Source of the DNA: Amycolatopsis sp.
Lineage (GTDB): Bacteria > Actinomycetota > Actinomycetes > Mycobacteriales > Pseudonocardiaceae
Assembly: GCF_035276945.1 (NCBI RefSeq)
Contig: NZ_DATELF010000096.1
Span: 24,933-88,932, forward strand
Reading direction: 5' to 3'
Length of the DNA stretch: 64,000 nucleotides
Shown here: positions 54,541-63,874 of the stretch, piece after piece
How the letters are laid out: every line of letters begins with the position of its first letter
Numbering within the stretch: position 1 is the stretch's first letter
The notes under the pieces: generated by a model
The model's input: only the letters and a program-made list of their open reading frames with translations
Databases searched by the model: none
Told to the model about the DNA's origin: nothing
Program-made: the position numbers and the translations under genes

Positions 54541-55206
54541 GTGGTCCTCGCCGACGACCAGACCTTGGTGCGCGGCGGTTTCCGGGTGCTGTTGGAGACC
54601 GAGGACGGCTTCGAGGTGTGCGGCGAGGCCGCGGACGGTTCCGAGGCCGTGCGGTTGGCGGGCGAGACGCGGCCGGACGTGGTCGTCATGGACATCCGGA
54701 TGCTCGGGATGGACGGGCTGGAGGCCACCCGCCGGATCACCGCCGACCCCGACCTGGCCGCGGTGCGCGTACTGGTCCTGACCACCTTCGACGTCGACGA
54801 GTACGTCTACGAAGCGCTGCGGGCCGGCGCGAGCGGGTTCCTGCTCAAGGACACCGAGCCGGTCGAGCTGCTGCGCGCGCTGCGGGTGGTGGCGGCCGGG
54901 GAGGCGCTGCTGGCGCCGACCGTCACCAGGCGCCTGATCGCCGAGTTCGTCGGGCGTCCGGAAAACCGGCGCGTCGACGCGAACGCCGTCCGGCAGGTCA
55001 CCGAGCGCGAGCGCGAGGTACTGGCCCTCGTCGCCGGCGGACTGTCGAACGACGAGATCGCCGCGCACCTCGTCATCTCCACGGCGACCGCGCGCACGCA
55101 TGTCAGCCGCATCATGACCAAGGTCGGTGCCCGCGACCGTGCCCAGCTCGTCGTCCTCGCCTACGAGTCCGGGCTCGTCAGTCCGTGCCGGGGCAGCGCT
55201 GGCTGA
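54541..55206 (+). CDS. NarL/LuxR-family response regulator
   Basis: It begins VVLADDQTLVRGG. The receiver domain includes DVVVMDIRM and the LuxR HTH is EREVLALVAGGLSNDEIAAHLVISTATARTHVSRIM. I prefer GTG at 54541 to the track start at 54472, which would translate the hairpin element. Confidence 0.85.
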   Translation: MVLADDQTLVRGGFRVLLETEDGFEVCGEAADGSEAVRLAGETRPDVVVMDIRMLGMDGLEATRRITADPDLAAVRVLVLTTFDVDEYVYEALRAGASGFLLKDTEPVELLRALRVVAAGEALLAPTVTRRLIAEFVGRPENRRVDANAVRQVTEREREVLALVAGGLSNDEIAAHLVISTATARTHVSRIMTKVGARDRAQLVVLAYESGLVSPCRGSAG

Positions 55207-55209
55207 CGA

Positions 55210-56442
55210 TCAGGAGGTGCGCAGGGTCGGCGGGGCCTGGTCGACCTGCTGCTCCAGCACCGTCTTGAACTCGTTCTTCACCGCGGCCGCGTCGTTGCCG
55301 AAGGTCTCGACGATGATCACCCGGCTGTAGAGCACGTAGACCGCGCGGTAGACCGCCTGCTGGGAACCCGACCCCGTGCTGTACACCGGCACGCCCTGCA
55401 TCGACAGGGCGCCGTTCGTCGGAAGACCGCCGCTCTGCTGCGCCTGTCCGTACTGCTGGGCGGCGGCGGACGCGGAGGTCGGATCCGGCAGGGTGAGGGA
55501 GTAAAGGCCGATCGTCATCGACCCGTCGGTGGAGGTGTTGAGCCGCCCGCTCGTCATGCCGCCCTGATCCAGCGCCTGCACCACGGGATCCGGTAGGAGC
55601 TTGCCGTTCTTGAGTGCGGAGAGCGTGAGGGCGCCCCCGCCGTCACGGGCCTTGCCCGGCGGCGTGATCAGCGCGTCTTCGTCGCTGGAGGGCTCCGCCT
55701 TGGCCGGTGGGGGTGCCGGCAGCGCGCTGGAAGGGGCCGCCGCGGTGGACTGCGGGCCGGTGGTGGGGGCCGCCTGGTTGTTGCCGTTGCTGCCGAACAG
55801 CAGCCAGACCGCGACGCCGATGCCGGCGACCACCACCACGGCCACGGCCGACCAGATGATCTTCTTTCCGCTGCCCGACGACTTCTTGTCTTCGAAGCTC
55901 TCCGGCCCCTGCGACACCCATTCGAAGCCGCCCTGCGGCGCGATCGGTGGCAGGTCCCCACCACCCCACGGCGGACTGCTGTCACCCGGGGCGTTCCAGG
56001 CGGGCTGCTGCCGCGGGAATCCTCCGGGCGGGGATTGCGGGTAGCCGCCGCCCTGCTGCATCTGCCAGGCCGGCGACACGGCCTGGGTCCGGTCGCCGCT
56101 GCTGTCGTGCGGGGGCACGATCTGGGTCGCCTCGGGCGACTGCGGTCCCCACTGCGGCTGGCCTGGATGCTGCTGCGGGAACCCGGCTGGCGGGGAGCTC
56201 TGCTGCTGCGGGAACCCGGCTGGCGGGGAACTCGGCTGCTGCGGGACGCCGGACGGCGGGGACACCGGCTGGATGATCTGGGTGTTGGCCTGGTCGGCCG
56301 ACGGCTGCTCGACCTGCCCCGCGTCGGGGGAGGAGACCGCGGCGGACAGGATCTGGTCACGCCGAACCCGGTAGTCGTCGGCGGACAGTTTGCCGCTCGC
56401 CAGGTCCTCGTCGAGCTTGCGCAACTCTTCCTGCCAGGTCAC
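55210..56442 (-). CDS. Membrane-anchored protein: SHOCT-like N-terminus, Pro/Gln-rich linker, TM helix, unknown extracellular domain
   Basis: It begins MTWQEELRKLDEDLASGKLSADDYRVRRDQIL (SHOCT-like). It has tandem PQQxSSPPAGF repeats, one TM helix (IIWSAVAVVVVAGIGVAVWLLF) and a ~190-aa C-terminal domain. Confidence 0.75.
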   Translation of the reverse strand: MTWQEELRKLDEDLASGKLSADDYRVRRDQILSAAVSSPDAGQVEQPSADQANTQIIQPVSPPSGVPQQPSSPPAGFPQQQSSPPAGFPQQHPGQPQWGPQSPEATQIVPPHDSSGDRTQAVSPAWQMQQGGGYPQSPPGGFPRQQPAWNAPGDSSPPWGGGDLPPIAPQGGFEWVSQGPESFEDKKSSGSGKKIIWSAVAVVVVAGIGVAVWLLFGSNGNNQAAPTTGPQSTAAAPSSALPAPPPAKAEPSSDEDALITPPGKARDGGGALTLSALKNGKLLPDPVVQALDQGGMTSGRLNTSTDGSMTIGLYSLTLPDPTSASAAAQQYGQAQQSGGLPTNGALSMQGVPVYSTGSGSQQAVYRAVYVLYSRVIIVETFGNDAAAVKNEFKTVLEQQVDQAPPTLRTS

Positions 56443-56563
56443 CCCGGCACCCCCTTCGGGATAGGTGTTCCAACGCGCGCGGGAGACCCGCCGCGGCGGC
56501 CGAGGACATCGGCCGCACCCGGACTAGCCCACATTGTGCACCTCGCCCTTCCTGTCCTCGTTG

Positions 56564-57880
56564 CTACCGGGGGTTTCGCGCGAGTACCGTGGCGATCTGA
56601 TCGATCACCGAATCCTGGAGCAAGGGGCTCGCGCCGCCGACCGCGTTGCGCTCGGCCAACTCGACCACCACGACGTCTCGATCGGCGAGCAGCGCGGCAG
56701 CGTTAGCCGTGGGGTTCTGGGCCATCGTCTCGGCGTGCACGATGTTGAGGTCGCCGAAGCCGGCGGCGAGGAACGGCGTGGCGAACTGGGTGAACGAGTC
56801 GGCGATCATCGTGACCTTTTCGTCGATGACACCCTGCGTGGGGTCGGGCGTCTTCTGCTGGAGGCGCAGGGGCGTCCGGAAGTCGCTCGCGACGTAGCGG
56901 GTCAGGTCGGTCCTGCCGTCCGGGGCGAGCGAGTAGGCCTGCAGGTGGCGGTTCTCGGACTTGCCGATGAGCAGCGCCAGGTCCGCGGGCCAGTCCTGAA
57001 TCTGCGACGGCGCGTTCGTCCAGGACGAGGTGAGCCCCGGGCTGAGCTTTTCGGCGAGCGCGTAGGTCATGGTGAGCCCGCCCTCGTAGCTCCAGTGGGT
57101 GTCGTTGCCGTCGTACAGCGGATGCCCGACCCGCTGGGCCGTCGCCGCCAGGCTGGGCCGCAGGTCGATGTCCCCGAGCAGCGCGGTGGCGTTGCGCCAG
57201 AACTGGTCCGAAGCCGCCTTGGCGCAGGCCTTTCCGGCGTAGGAGGCGGGAAGGTGCTCCGGCATGATCGTCGACTTGTCGGGTGCGATCACCAGTTCGA
57301 AGCGCCGCCCGGACGACTCCACGGCCGCCCGCAGCCGCTGAAAGGCATGGACGACCTGATCGGGACCCATCGTGGGCCGGCACTTGTTGCTCACGTCGGC
57401 ACCGAGGTACATCCAGTCGTCCGAACCATAGATCAGCACCGGGTAGCCGCCGGCGGGCTGCTCGTCGTTGGCCGACGCCGGGGCCTGGGGACCGAGCCCG
57501 ACCGGGCCCACCGCGCCGCCGCGCGCCGCTCCCGGTGGGTCGCCGAACACGCCCGTGCTGACAGCGTTTGCCGCGTCGACCCCGGCCTTGCGCAGCGGGA
57601 GGTGGTCGGTCGCCCAGCCCGACAGGTTGGTGAAGAAACCCCAGCCGTCGGCCGGCGACGGAAATTCGTGCAGCGCGCGGTTTTCGAACGCGGCGGGCCG
57701 CACGCCGAACACGGAGGCGAGCGCCGGGACCAGCAAGAACACCGCCGCGCAGGTCAGCGCGGTGCGCTGGCGGGGGCTGTGCCGGGGCCGGTAGAGGCTG
57801 TGCTCCTTCGGCAGCCACGACTCCGGGGTGGGAGGCAGGCCTCCCGGCGCCGGCGGGTGGGAACGAGGGCCTGCCGTCAT
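56564..57880 (-). CDS. AlgX/AlgJ-like SGNH-type protein (polysaccharide O-acetylation family)
   Basis: It has an N-terminal TM helix and an ...APDKSTI...YDGNDTHWS... pattern (DxHW-type motif of AlgX_N/DHHW proteins). I chose the start at the internal ATG 57880. Confidence 0.7.
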   Translation of the reverse strand: MTAGPRSHPPAPGGLPPTPESWLPKEHSLYRPRHSPRQRTALTCAAVFLLVPALASVFGVRPAAFENRALHEFPSPADGWGFFTNLSGWATDHLPLRKAGVDAANAVSTGVFGDPPGAARGGAVGPVGLGPQAPASANDEQPAGGYPVLIYGSDDWMYLGADVSNKCRPTMGPDQVVHAFQRLRAAVESSGRRFELVIAPDKSTIMPEHLPASYAGKACAKAASDQFWRNATALLGDIDLRPSLAATAQRVGHPLYDGNDTHWSYEGGLTMTYALAEKLSPGLTSSWTNAPSQIQDWPADLALLIGKSENRHLQAYSLAPDGRTDLTRYVASDFRTPLRLQQKTPDPTQGVIDEKVTMIADSFTQFATPFLAAGFGDLNIVHAETMAQNPTANAAALLADRDVVVVELAERNAVGGASPLLQDSVIDQIATVLARNPR

Positions 57881-57907
57881 GGGCCGTAGGGTACCGACTG
57901 CGGAAAG

Positions 57908-57957
57908 GGGGTCTGGGGGCTCGCCCCCGGGCCGGGCTGTGGGGGCAAGCCCCCACA
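57908..57957. repeat. Two adjacent G5/C5 hairpins in a divergent intergenic region
   Basis: ggggtctggggg-ctcg-ccccc (57908-57928) and tgtggggg-caag-cccccaca (57938-57957). They share the GGGGTCTGGGGG 12-mer and the GGGGGCAAG core with 54488-54533. Confidence 0.6.
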
Positions 57958-58014
57958 ACGACTCCGACGGTGGCCGGTTCACCGTCGGTTGGCCGAGGTT
58001 TGCGGAGGCGTGCC

Positions 58015-59439
58015 GTGCGTGTCGGACACGAGCTTGACTACCAGGAGCGGGTGGCCAGGGAACACCGGACGTTCGCGGTGCAGGAGGGTGACCTGCACGA
58101 GAACCTGCCGGAATCGGCGCACTACTGGGCGAAACGGTATGTCGTGCCGAAGCTGGCCGACCTGGGCGCGCCCGGTATCGAGGAGCTGATCACCGGCGAG
58201 ATCGCGGTGCGCGCCCGGCGTCACGACCGCGAGGTGGTCGTGCTGTCCTTCGGCAGCGGTAACGGTGACCAGGAGCTGGGCTGGCTGCGCAAGCTCGCCG
58301 AGGCCGGGGTGCACAACGTCAGAATGCGCTTACTCGAGTTCAACCCCGCCATGCAGGAACGGGCCGCGGCCGCGGCCGCTGAAGCCGGGTTCGCCGACCG
58401 GGTCGAACTGGTCGAGGCCGACTTCAACACCTGGCGGGCCGACCGCGAGCACGATGTGTTCATCGGCTTCCAGGCGTTGCACCACGTGCTGGACCTCGAG
58501 CACCTGTTCGACCAGATACGGGACGGCCTGACCGCGGACGGGGCGCTGGTGGTCCACGACATGATCGGCCGCAACGGGCACCGGCGCTGGCCCGAGGCCC
58601 TGGAGGTGATCGAGCGGATCTGGGCGACCATGCCACCGGAGTTCCGCCGCAACTCGGTCACCGGCCAGGTCGACGAGCACTACGACGACCTGGACTGCGC
58701 GGTCGACGGCTTCGAGGGCATCCGGGCACAGGACCTCCTGCCGGTCCTGCTGGAGTACCTGCACCCCGGCCTGTTCTTCGCCTACGGCAGCGTGATCGAC
58801 CCGTTCGTCGAGCGGATCTACGGCCACAACCTCGATCTGGCCACCGAGCGGGACCAGGCGTTCATCGACCGGGTGGGCCGGCTCGACGACAGCCTCATCG
58901 ACCTCGGGGTCGTCACCCCGACCCGGCTGACCGCGGTGTTCCACCCGGCTCCGCAGCCGCTGCGCGTGCACGGCGACCGCACGCCGGAGCGGTCGATCCG
59001 GGACACCGGTCAGGCCGATCCCGCGGGCCGGATCTCCTTCCACCCCACCGCTTCCGACCCGAACACCCTGGTCCGCGGGGCCGGGCTCGCGGTAGCGCGG
59101 ATGAACGGGGTCTCCCCGGACCGCTGGGCGGCAAAGGCGGTCGAGTTCCCGGTCCACACCACCGACGAGGTCGGCGGGTTGCGGTTCAGCGCCTACCTGC
59201 CGGACTGGATGCCGGAAAACGGCACGGTGACCGTGGCCGTCGACGGTGTCCCGCTCGCCGTGGTCAAGGCCGGGCACGGGTTGTTCGAGGAAACGATCCC
59301 GTGGCGCTGCCCGGTGGGCCGAACGGTCACCCTGAGCCTGCGTGCCGACTGGACCGTCACTCAGGCCGAAGAGGGCACAGGTGACGACCGTCGTCCGTTG
59401 TCGTACGTACTCGTCGGGCTGGTGCTCGAGGCCAGCTAA
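58015..59439 (+). CDS. Class I SAM-dependent methyltransferase with a ~180-aa unknown C-terminal domain
   Basis: The SAM-binding motif I is VVVLSFGSGNGD, and LVEADFN and LVVHDM follow. The start is uncertain: GTG at 58015 or the track start at 57970. Confidence 0.8.
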   Translation: MRVGHELDYQERVAREHRTFAVQEGDLHENLPESAHYWAKRYVVPKLADLGAPGIEELITGEIAVRARRHDREVVVLSFGSGNGDQELGWLRKLAEAGVHNVRMRLLEFNPAMQERAAAAAAEAGFADRVELVEADFNTWRADREHDVFIGFQALHHVLDLEHLFDQIRDGLTADGALVVHDMIGRNGHRRWPEALEVIERIWATMPPEFRRNSVTGQVDEHYDDLDCAVDGFEGIRAQDLLPVLLEYLHPGLFFAYGSVIDPFVERIYGHNLDLATERDQAFIDRVGRLDDSLIDLGVVTPTRLTAVFHPAPQPLRVHGDRTPERSIRDTGQADPAGRISFHPTASDPNTLVRGAGLAVARMNGVSPDRWAAKAVEFPVHTTDEVGGLRFSAYLPDWMPENGTVTVAVDGVPLAVVKAGHGLFEETIPWRCPVGRTVTLSLRADWTVTQAEEGTGDDRRPLSYVLVGLVLEAS

Positions 59440-59449
59440 CCTGCTCCGC

Positions 59450-62400
59450 ATGGAAGCCCCTGGGGAGCGTCTCATCGACTGGACCGGCGAGCGGTGCGTG
59501 CCGTGGACCGACGACCACCAGGTCATTTACGAGCACTATCACCGGTACGCCTTCGCGCTGCGGTTCGTCGACGGCAAGCGCGTCCTCGACCTGGCCTCCG
59601 GTGAGGGCTATGGGTGCGTCCTGCTGGCCGGGAACGCGGCCTCGGTCATCGGGCTGGAACTGGACCAGACCACGGTCGAGCACGCGCGGCGGCGGTACGC
59701 CTCGAACCGGGTGACTTTCGAGGTCGGCTCGATCGAGGACCCCAGGGCGCTCGCCGGCTGCGAGCCGTTCGACGTGATCGCCTGCTTCGAGGCGATCGAA
59801 CACGTGGAGCGGCAGGACCAGGTGCTGAGCCTGGTGCGCGACCGGCTCGCGCCGGGCGGGGTCTTCCTGTGCAGCACCCCGGACATCCAGGTCTACACCC
59901 ACGACCACGGCAACGAGAACCCGTTTCACGTCCACGAACTCGACGAGAAGGGGTTCCGGGCACTGCTTGCCAAGAACTTCCGGCACGTCGAACTGTTGAA
60001 GCAGAACGTGGTGGCCGGATCGTTGATCCACGGCGACGGACCCCGGACGGAACTGCACACGCTGCACCGGGAATCCGAGGACGACTGGTCGGTCCGGGCG
60101 GGCGCCCCGCACACCTATTTCGTCGCCGTCGCGTCCGACACTCCCTTCGAAAGCCTCGGCGTCTCGGTGCTCACCGACGACCAACTGACGATCGTCGCCC
60201 ACGCCGACGCGGCCCACGCTGTTGCGGCCGCCGACGCGGCAGGCCTTCGTGACCAGGTCCAATCGCTCGAAGCCGAGGCGCGCGAGGCGTTGGCCGCCGC
60301 GAACCACACCGCGGCCGAGCTGCGCCGGGAGCGAGAGACACGGCGACAGGCGGAGGCCGAACGCGATGTCGCGGTGGAAAACGTGCAGCGCACCCGGGCG
60401 GAGAACCGGTCGCTGGCTCGTGATCTCGACCGGGAGCGGCGCAAGTCGGCGCACGAGCGGGCCAGGTTGTCCTGGCTCACCGAGAACAACGGCAGACTGG
60501 CCAGGACGGTGCACGAACTGGCGGCCGAAGCCGCGAAACTCCGCGAGGAGCAGTCTGCCCTCGGGCAGCGGCTGATCAGCCAGTACCGCTCGTCGATCGA
60601 GCGGTACGCGCCGCGCGGAACTCGCCGCCGCGACGTCTACGAGCGGGCGCTGGGCCGTCCCGCAGGCGTGCTGCCGCCCGCCCCGGCGATCGGGCCGATC
60701 GCCGTCACCACCAGCGACCAGCCGATCGTCAGCGTGATCATCCCGGTCTACGGGCACTGGGACTACACGCGCCGCTGCCTGGAATCCGTCGAGCTCGCCC
60801 TGCCGACCACGCCGTTCGAGGTCATCGTCGTCGACGACGCCTCCCCGGACGATTCGGCCGACCGGGTCGCGGCCTGTCCGGGTGTGCGGCTGGTGCGGGC
60901 GCCGTGGAACCTGGGCTTTATCGGCGCCTGCAACCTGGGCGCCGAACACGCCCGCGGCGAACTCGTCATGTTCCTCAACAACGACACCGAGGTCCAGCCC
61001 GGCTGGCTCGACGAGCTGGTGGCGGTCGTGGAGGACCGCGAGGACGTGGGGCTGGTCGGTTCGAAGCTCGTCTACCCCGACGGCCGGGCGCAGGAGAGCG
61101 GCGGCATCATCTGGGCGGACGGCACCGGGTGGAACTACGGCCGCAACTCGCCGGCCGGGGAGCCGTGGCTGCAGACCGTCCGCGAGGTCGACTACTGCTC
61201 GGGCGCGGCTCTGCTCATCCGCCGCGACCTGTTCGAGCGGGTCGGTGGTTTCGACAAGCGCTACGCGCCCGCGTACTACGAGGACACCGATCTCGCGTTC
61301 GCCGTCCGGGCGGCGGGATACCGCACGGTGGTGCAGCCCGCGTCGGTGGTCGTGCACCACGAAGGCGTCTCGAACGGTACGGACCTTTCGTCCGGGGTGA
61401 AGCGCCACCAGGAACTCAACCGGCATCTCTTCGTCGACAAGTGGTCCAGGGAACTGGCCGACCACCTGCCCGAGGCCAGCCCGCGCAATCTGTGGCTGGC
61501 CCGGCAGCGGACCGCCGCCGGTCACGGTGGGGGCATCGTCCTCGTCGCCGACCACCAGGTGCCCCGGACCGACGAGGACTCCGGTTCCGTCCGGATGGGC
61601 CGCCTGCTCGAGGTTCTCGTCGGGCTCGGCGAGCGGGTGGTGTTCTTCCCGCTCAACCGCGCGCTCCCGGACAAGTACACGAAACCCTTGCACGCCATGG
61701 GTGTCACCGTCATCGGCGAGGAGTGGCACCAGCAGGCGTTCCTGGAGGAGGCCGGGCCGTCGATCAAGCTGGCGGTGCTGTCCCGGCCGCACGTGGCCTG
61801 GCAGTTGTTGGAGCAGTTGCGTGGGCTTTCCCCGGACTGCCGGATCGCCTACGACACCGTCGATCTGCACTTCCTGCGCCTGGAACGGCAGGCCGAACTC
61901 GCCGCGCGGGCCGGTGACGAAGAGCAGGCCGCGTCGCTGCGGCGGCGCTCGCAGGTCTCGCGCGAGCTCGAACTGAGCCTGGCCAGGACCACGGACGTCA
62001 CCCTGACGGTGTCCGAAGTGGAGCGTGACCTGCTGGCCCGCATGGTGCCGTCGGCGCGCGTCGAAGTTCTGTCCAATGTGCACATCGTGGACAGCGCGGA
62101 GGCGGTGCCGGACGGCCGGTCCGGCGTGCTGTTCGTGGGCAGTTTCCACCATGTCCCCAACCAGGACGCGGCGCGGTGGCTGGCAACCGAGATCATGCCG
62201 TTGGTGCGGGAGCGCCGCCCCGATGCCGTGGCGCACGTCGTCGGCAGCAACCCGCGCGGCGAGATCATGGCGCTGGCCGGTGACGGCGTGATCGTGCACG
62301 GCTGGGTGCCCGATCTCGCACCCGTCTACCGCGACGCCCGCGTCGTGGTGGCACCGTTGCGGTTCGGCGCCGGAGTCAAGGGAAAGGTCGGCGAAGCCCT

Positions 62401-62632
62401 CGAACGCGGGGTGCCGGTCGTCGCGACCTCGATCGCCACCGAGGGCATGCACCTGGAGCACGGGGAGAGCGTGCTGACCGGCGAGACGGCCCGTGAACTC
62501 GCGGACCACCTGATCGCCCTGCTCGACGACGACAAGATGTGGAACCAGTTGTCGGAGCAGGGCAAGCTCGCCGTGGCCCGGCAGTTCGGTCCCGGCGTCG
62601 CGCGAAGGACGTGCCAAGCTCTGCTGGAGTGA
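59450..62632 (+). CDS. Multidomain glycan-synthesis protein: SAM methyltransferase, ~130-aa coiled coil, GT2 glycosyltransferase, GT4 (GT1-clan) glycosyltransferase
   Basis: The methyltransferase motif is VLDLASGEGYG. The coiled coil spans about 60230-60600 and is rich in charged and Ala residues (ERETRRQAEAERD...). The GT2 domain has VSVIIPVYG, VIVVDDASPDDS and a DxD-like NNDTE. The C-terminal GT4 domain has an E-x7-E-like GVKGKVGEALERGVPVV. Confidence 0.85.
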   Translation: MEAPGERLIDWTGERCVPWTDDHQVIYEHYHRYAFALRFVDGKRVLDLASGEGYGCVLLAGNAASVIGLELDQTTVEHARRRYASNRVTFEVGSIEDPRALAGCEPFDVIACFEAIEHVERQDQVLSLVRDRLAPGGVFLCSTPDIQVYTHDHGNENPFHVHELDEKGFRALLAKNFRHVELLKQNVVAGSLIHGDGPRTELHTLHRESEDDWSVRAGAPHTYFVAVASDTPFESLGVSVLTDDQLTIVAHADAAHAVAAADAAGLRDQVQSLEAEAREALAAANHTAAELRRERETRRQAEAERDVAVENVQRTRAENRSLARDLDRERRKSAHERARLSWLTENNGRLARTVHELAAEAAKLREEQSALGQRLISQYRSSIERYAPRGTRRRDVYERALGRPAGVLPPAPAIGPIAVTTSDQPIVSVIIPVYGHWDYTRRCLESVELALPTTPFEVIVVDDASPDDSADRVAACPGVRLVRAPWNLGFIGACNLGAEHARGELVMFLNNDTEVQPGWLDELVAVVEDREDVGLVGSKLVYPDGRAQESGGIIWADGTGWNYGRNSPAGEPWLQTVREVDYCSGAALLIRRDLFERVGGFDKRYAPAYYEDTDLAFAVRAAGYRTVVQPASVVVHHEGVSNGTDLSSGVKRHQELNRHLFVDKWSRELADHLPEASPRNLWLARQRTAAGHGGGIVLVADHQVPRTDEDSGSVRMGRLLEVLVGLGERVVFFPLNRALPDKYTKPLHAMGVTVIGEEWHQQAFLEEAGPSIKLAVLSRPHVAWQLLEQLRGLSPDCRIAYDTVDLHFLRLERQAELAARAGDEEQAASLRRRSQVSRELELSLARTTDVTLTVSEVERDLLARMVPSARVEVLSNVHIVDSAEAVPDGRSGVLFVGSFHHVPNQDAARWLATEIMPLVRERRPDAVAHVVGSNPRGEIMALAGDGVIVHGWVPDLAPVYRDARVVVAPLRFGAGVKGKVGEALERGVPVVATSIATEGMHLEHGESVLTGETARELADHLIALLDDDKMWNQLSEQGKLAVARQFGPGVARRTCQALLE

Positions 62633-62686
62633 TTCTCGAACCGAAACGGCATCCGGATTGGGCTTGATGGGCTAGCATCCGTTGGC

Positions 62687-63874
62687 ATGTGGGCGGTCCG
62701 GGGGAAAATTTCCGCCGATCCCAATATCGGGTTCGCGTGGCTCAGGATGATCGGCTCGATCATCGTCGTCGTCGACCATTCCTCACCCCTGCTGGATCCC
62801 ACATGGCTGACCATCTTCCCCGCGTCCTGGCACACCTCGCCGGGGTATGTCGCGCTCATGGGCTTCTTCGCGATGAGCGGCTACCAGATCCAGGACAGCT
62901 GGCTCCGCGACCCGTCCTGGTGGCGGTTCTCGGCGCGACGGCTGCTGCGGATCATGCCGCCACTGGTCGTCGTGCTGGCCGTGACCGTTTTCGTCATCGG
63001 CCCGCTCGTGACGACCTGGCCGGTCGACGCCTACTTCGCACACGAGCAGACCTGGCGTTACCTCATCGGCACGATGGTGTTGTTCCTGATGCAACACCAC
63101 CTGCCCGGAGTGTTCGACGACAACCCGTACCCGTGGTCGGTCAACGGCTCGCTCTGGACGCTGCCGATGGAGCTGCTCGGGTACGGGATCGTGCTCGTGG
63201 TCGGCGTGATCATCGCGCTCGGCGTGTCCCGGCTGGTGCTGTTCCCGTTGCTGGCGGGCATGTTCGTGGCCGACGGGATGCTCCGCGCGACCTTCGAGTA
63301 CCACGGTGCGGGCGGCTCGCTGCTGCTGATTCCGATCGGGTCGACGGTGTCCTTCCTCGTACCGTTCGTGATCGGCATGATCCTGCGTACCTACCGCGAC
63401 CGGATCCCGTTCAAACCCCTTCTCGCCTGGTTGCTGCTCGGTCTGTGGCTCGTGCTCCACCAGACCCCGGCGGCCCGCTTCGCGCTCGCGATCATGGCTT
63501 CCTACGGCGCGATCACGCTGGCGATGCACTGGCCGTGGCGGCTCGAGCGGTGGGCGCCCTACGTCCACGGCAGCTACGGCACCTACATCTGGGCGTTCCC
63601 GATCCAGCAACTGCTGATCATGGCGGGAGTGCGGAAGCTGTGGCTGCTCGTCCTCATCGCGGTCCCCGCCGCCTACCTCGCCGGGCAGCTCTCCTGGCGG
63701 CTGGTCGAGGAGCCCACGCAGCGCCTGCGCAAGCACCTCGCGACCCCGGCCGCGCGCCCCGGGCCCCCGTTGCTCAGCGCGCCGGCAGCGCCTCCTGCAG
63801 CGAGGACCGCGTCTGCCCCAGGTGTTGGCTCAGCCGCACTGCCTCCAGCGTGGCAGGCTGGGAAACCCAGATGA
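62687..63874 (+). CDS. Acyltransferase family 3 (membrane O-acyltransferase)
   Basis: About ten TM helices with a V(V)DH...SGY..Q pattern near the N-terminus. The C-terminal ~40 aa overlap a convergent ORF and look like low-complexity read-through. Confidence 0.8.
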   Translation: MWAVRGKISADPNIGFAWLRMIGSIIVVVDHSSPLLDPTWLTIFPASWHTSPGYVALMGFFAMSGYQIQDSWLRDPSWWRFSARRLLRIMPPLVVVLAVTVFVIGPLVTTWPVDAYFAHEQTWRYLIGTMVLFLMQHHLPGVFDDNPYPWSVNGSLWTLPMELLGYGIVLVVGVIIALGVSRLVLFPLLAGMFVADGMLRATFEYHGAGGSLLLIPIGSTVSFLVPFVIGMILRTYRDRIPFKPLLAWLLLGLWLVLHQTPAARFALAIMASYGAITLAMHWPWRLERWAPYVHGSYGTYIWAFPIQQLLIMAGVRKLWLLVLIAVPAAYLAGQLSWRLVEEPTQRLRKHLATPAARPGPPLLSAPAAPPAARTASAPGVGSAALPPAWQAGKPR

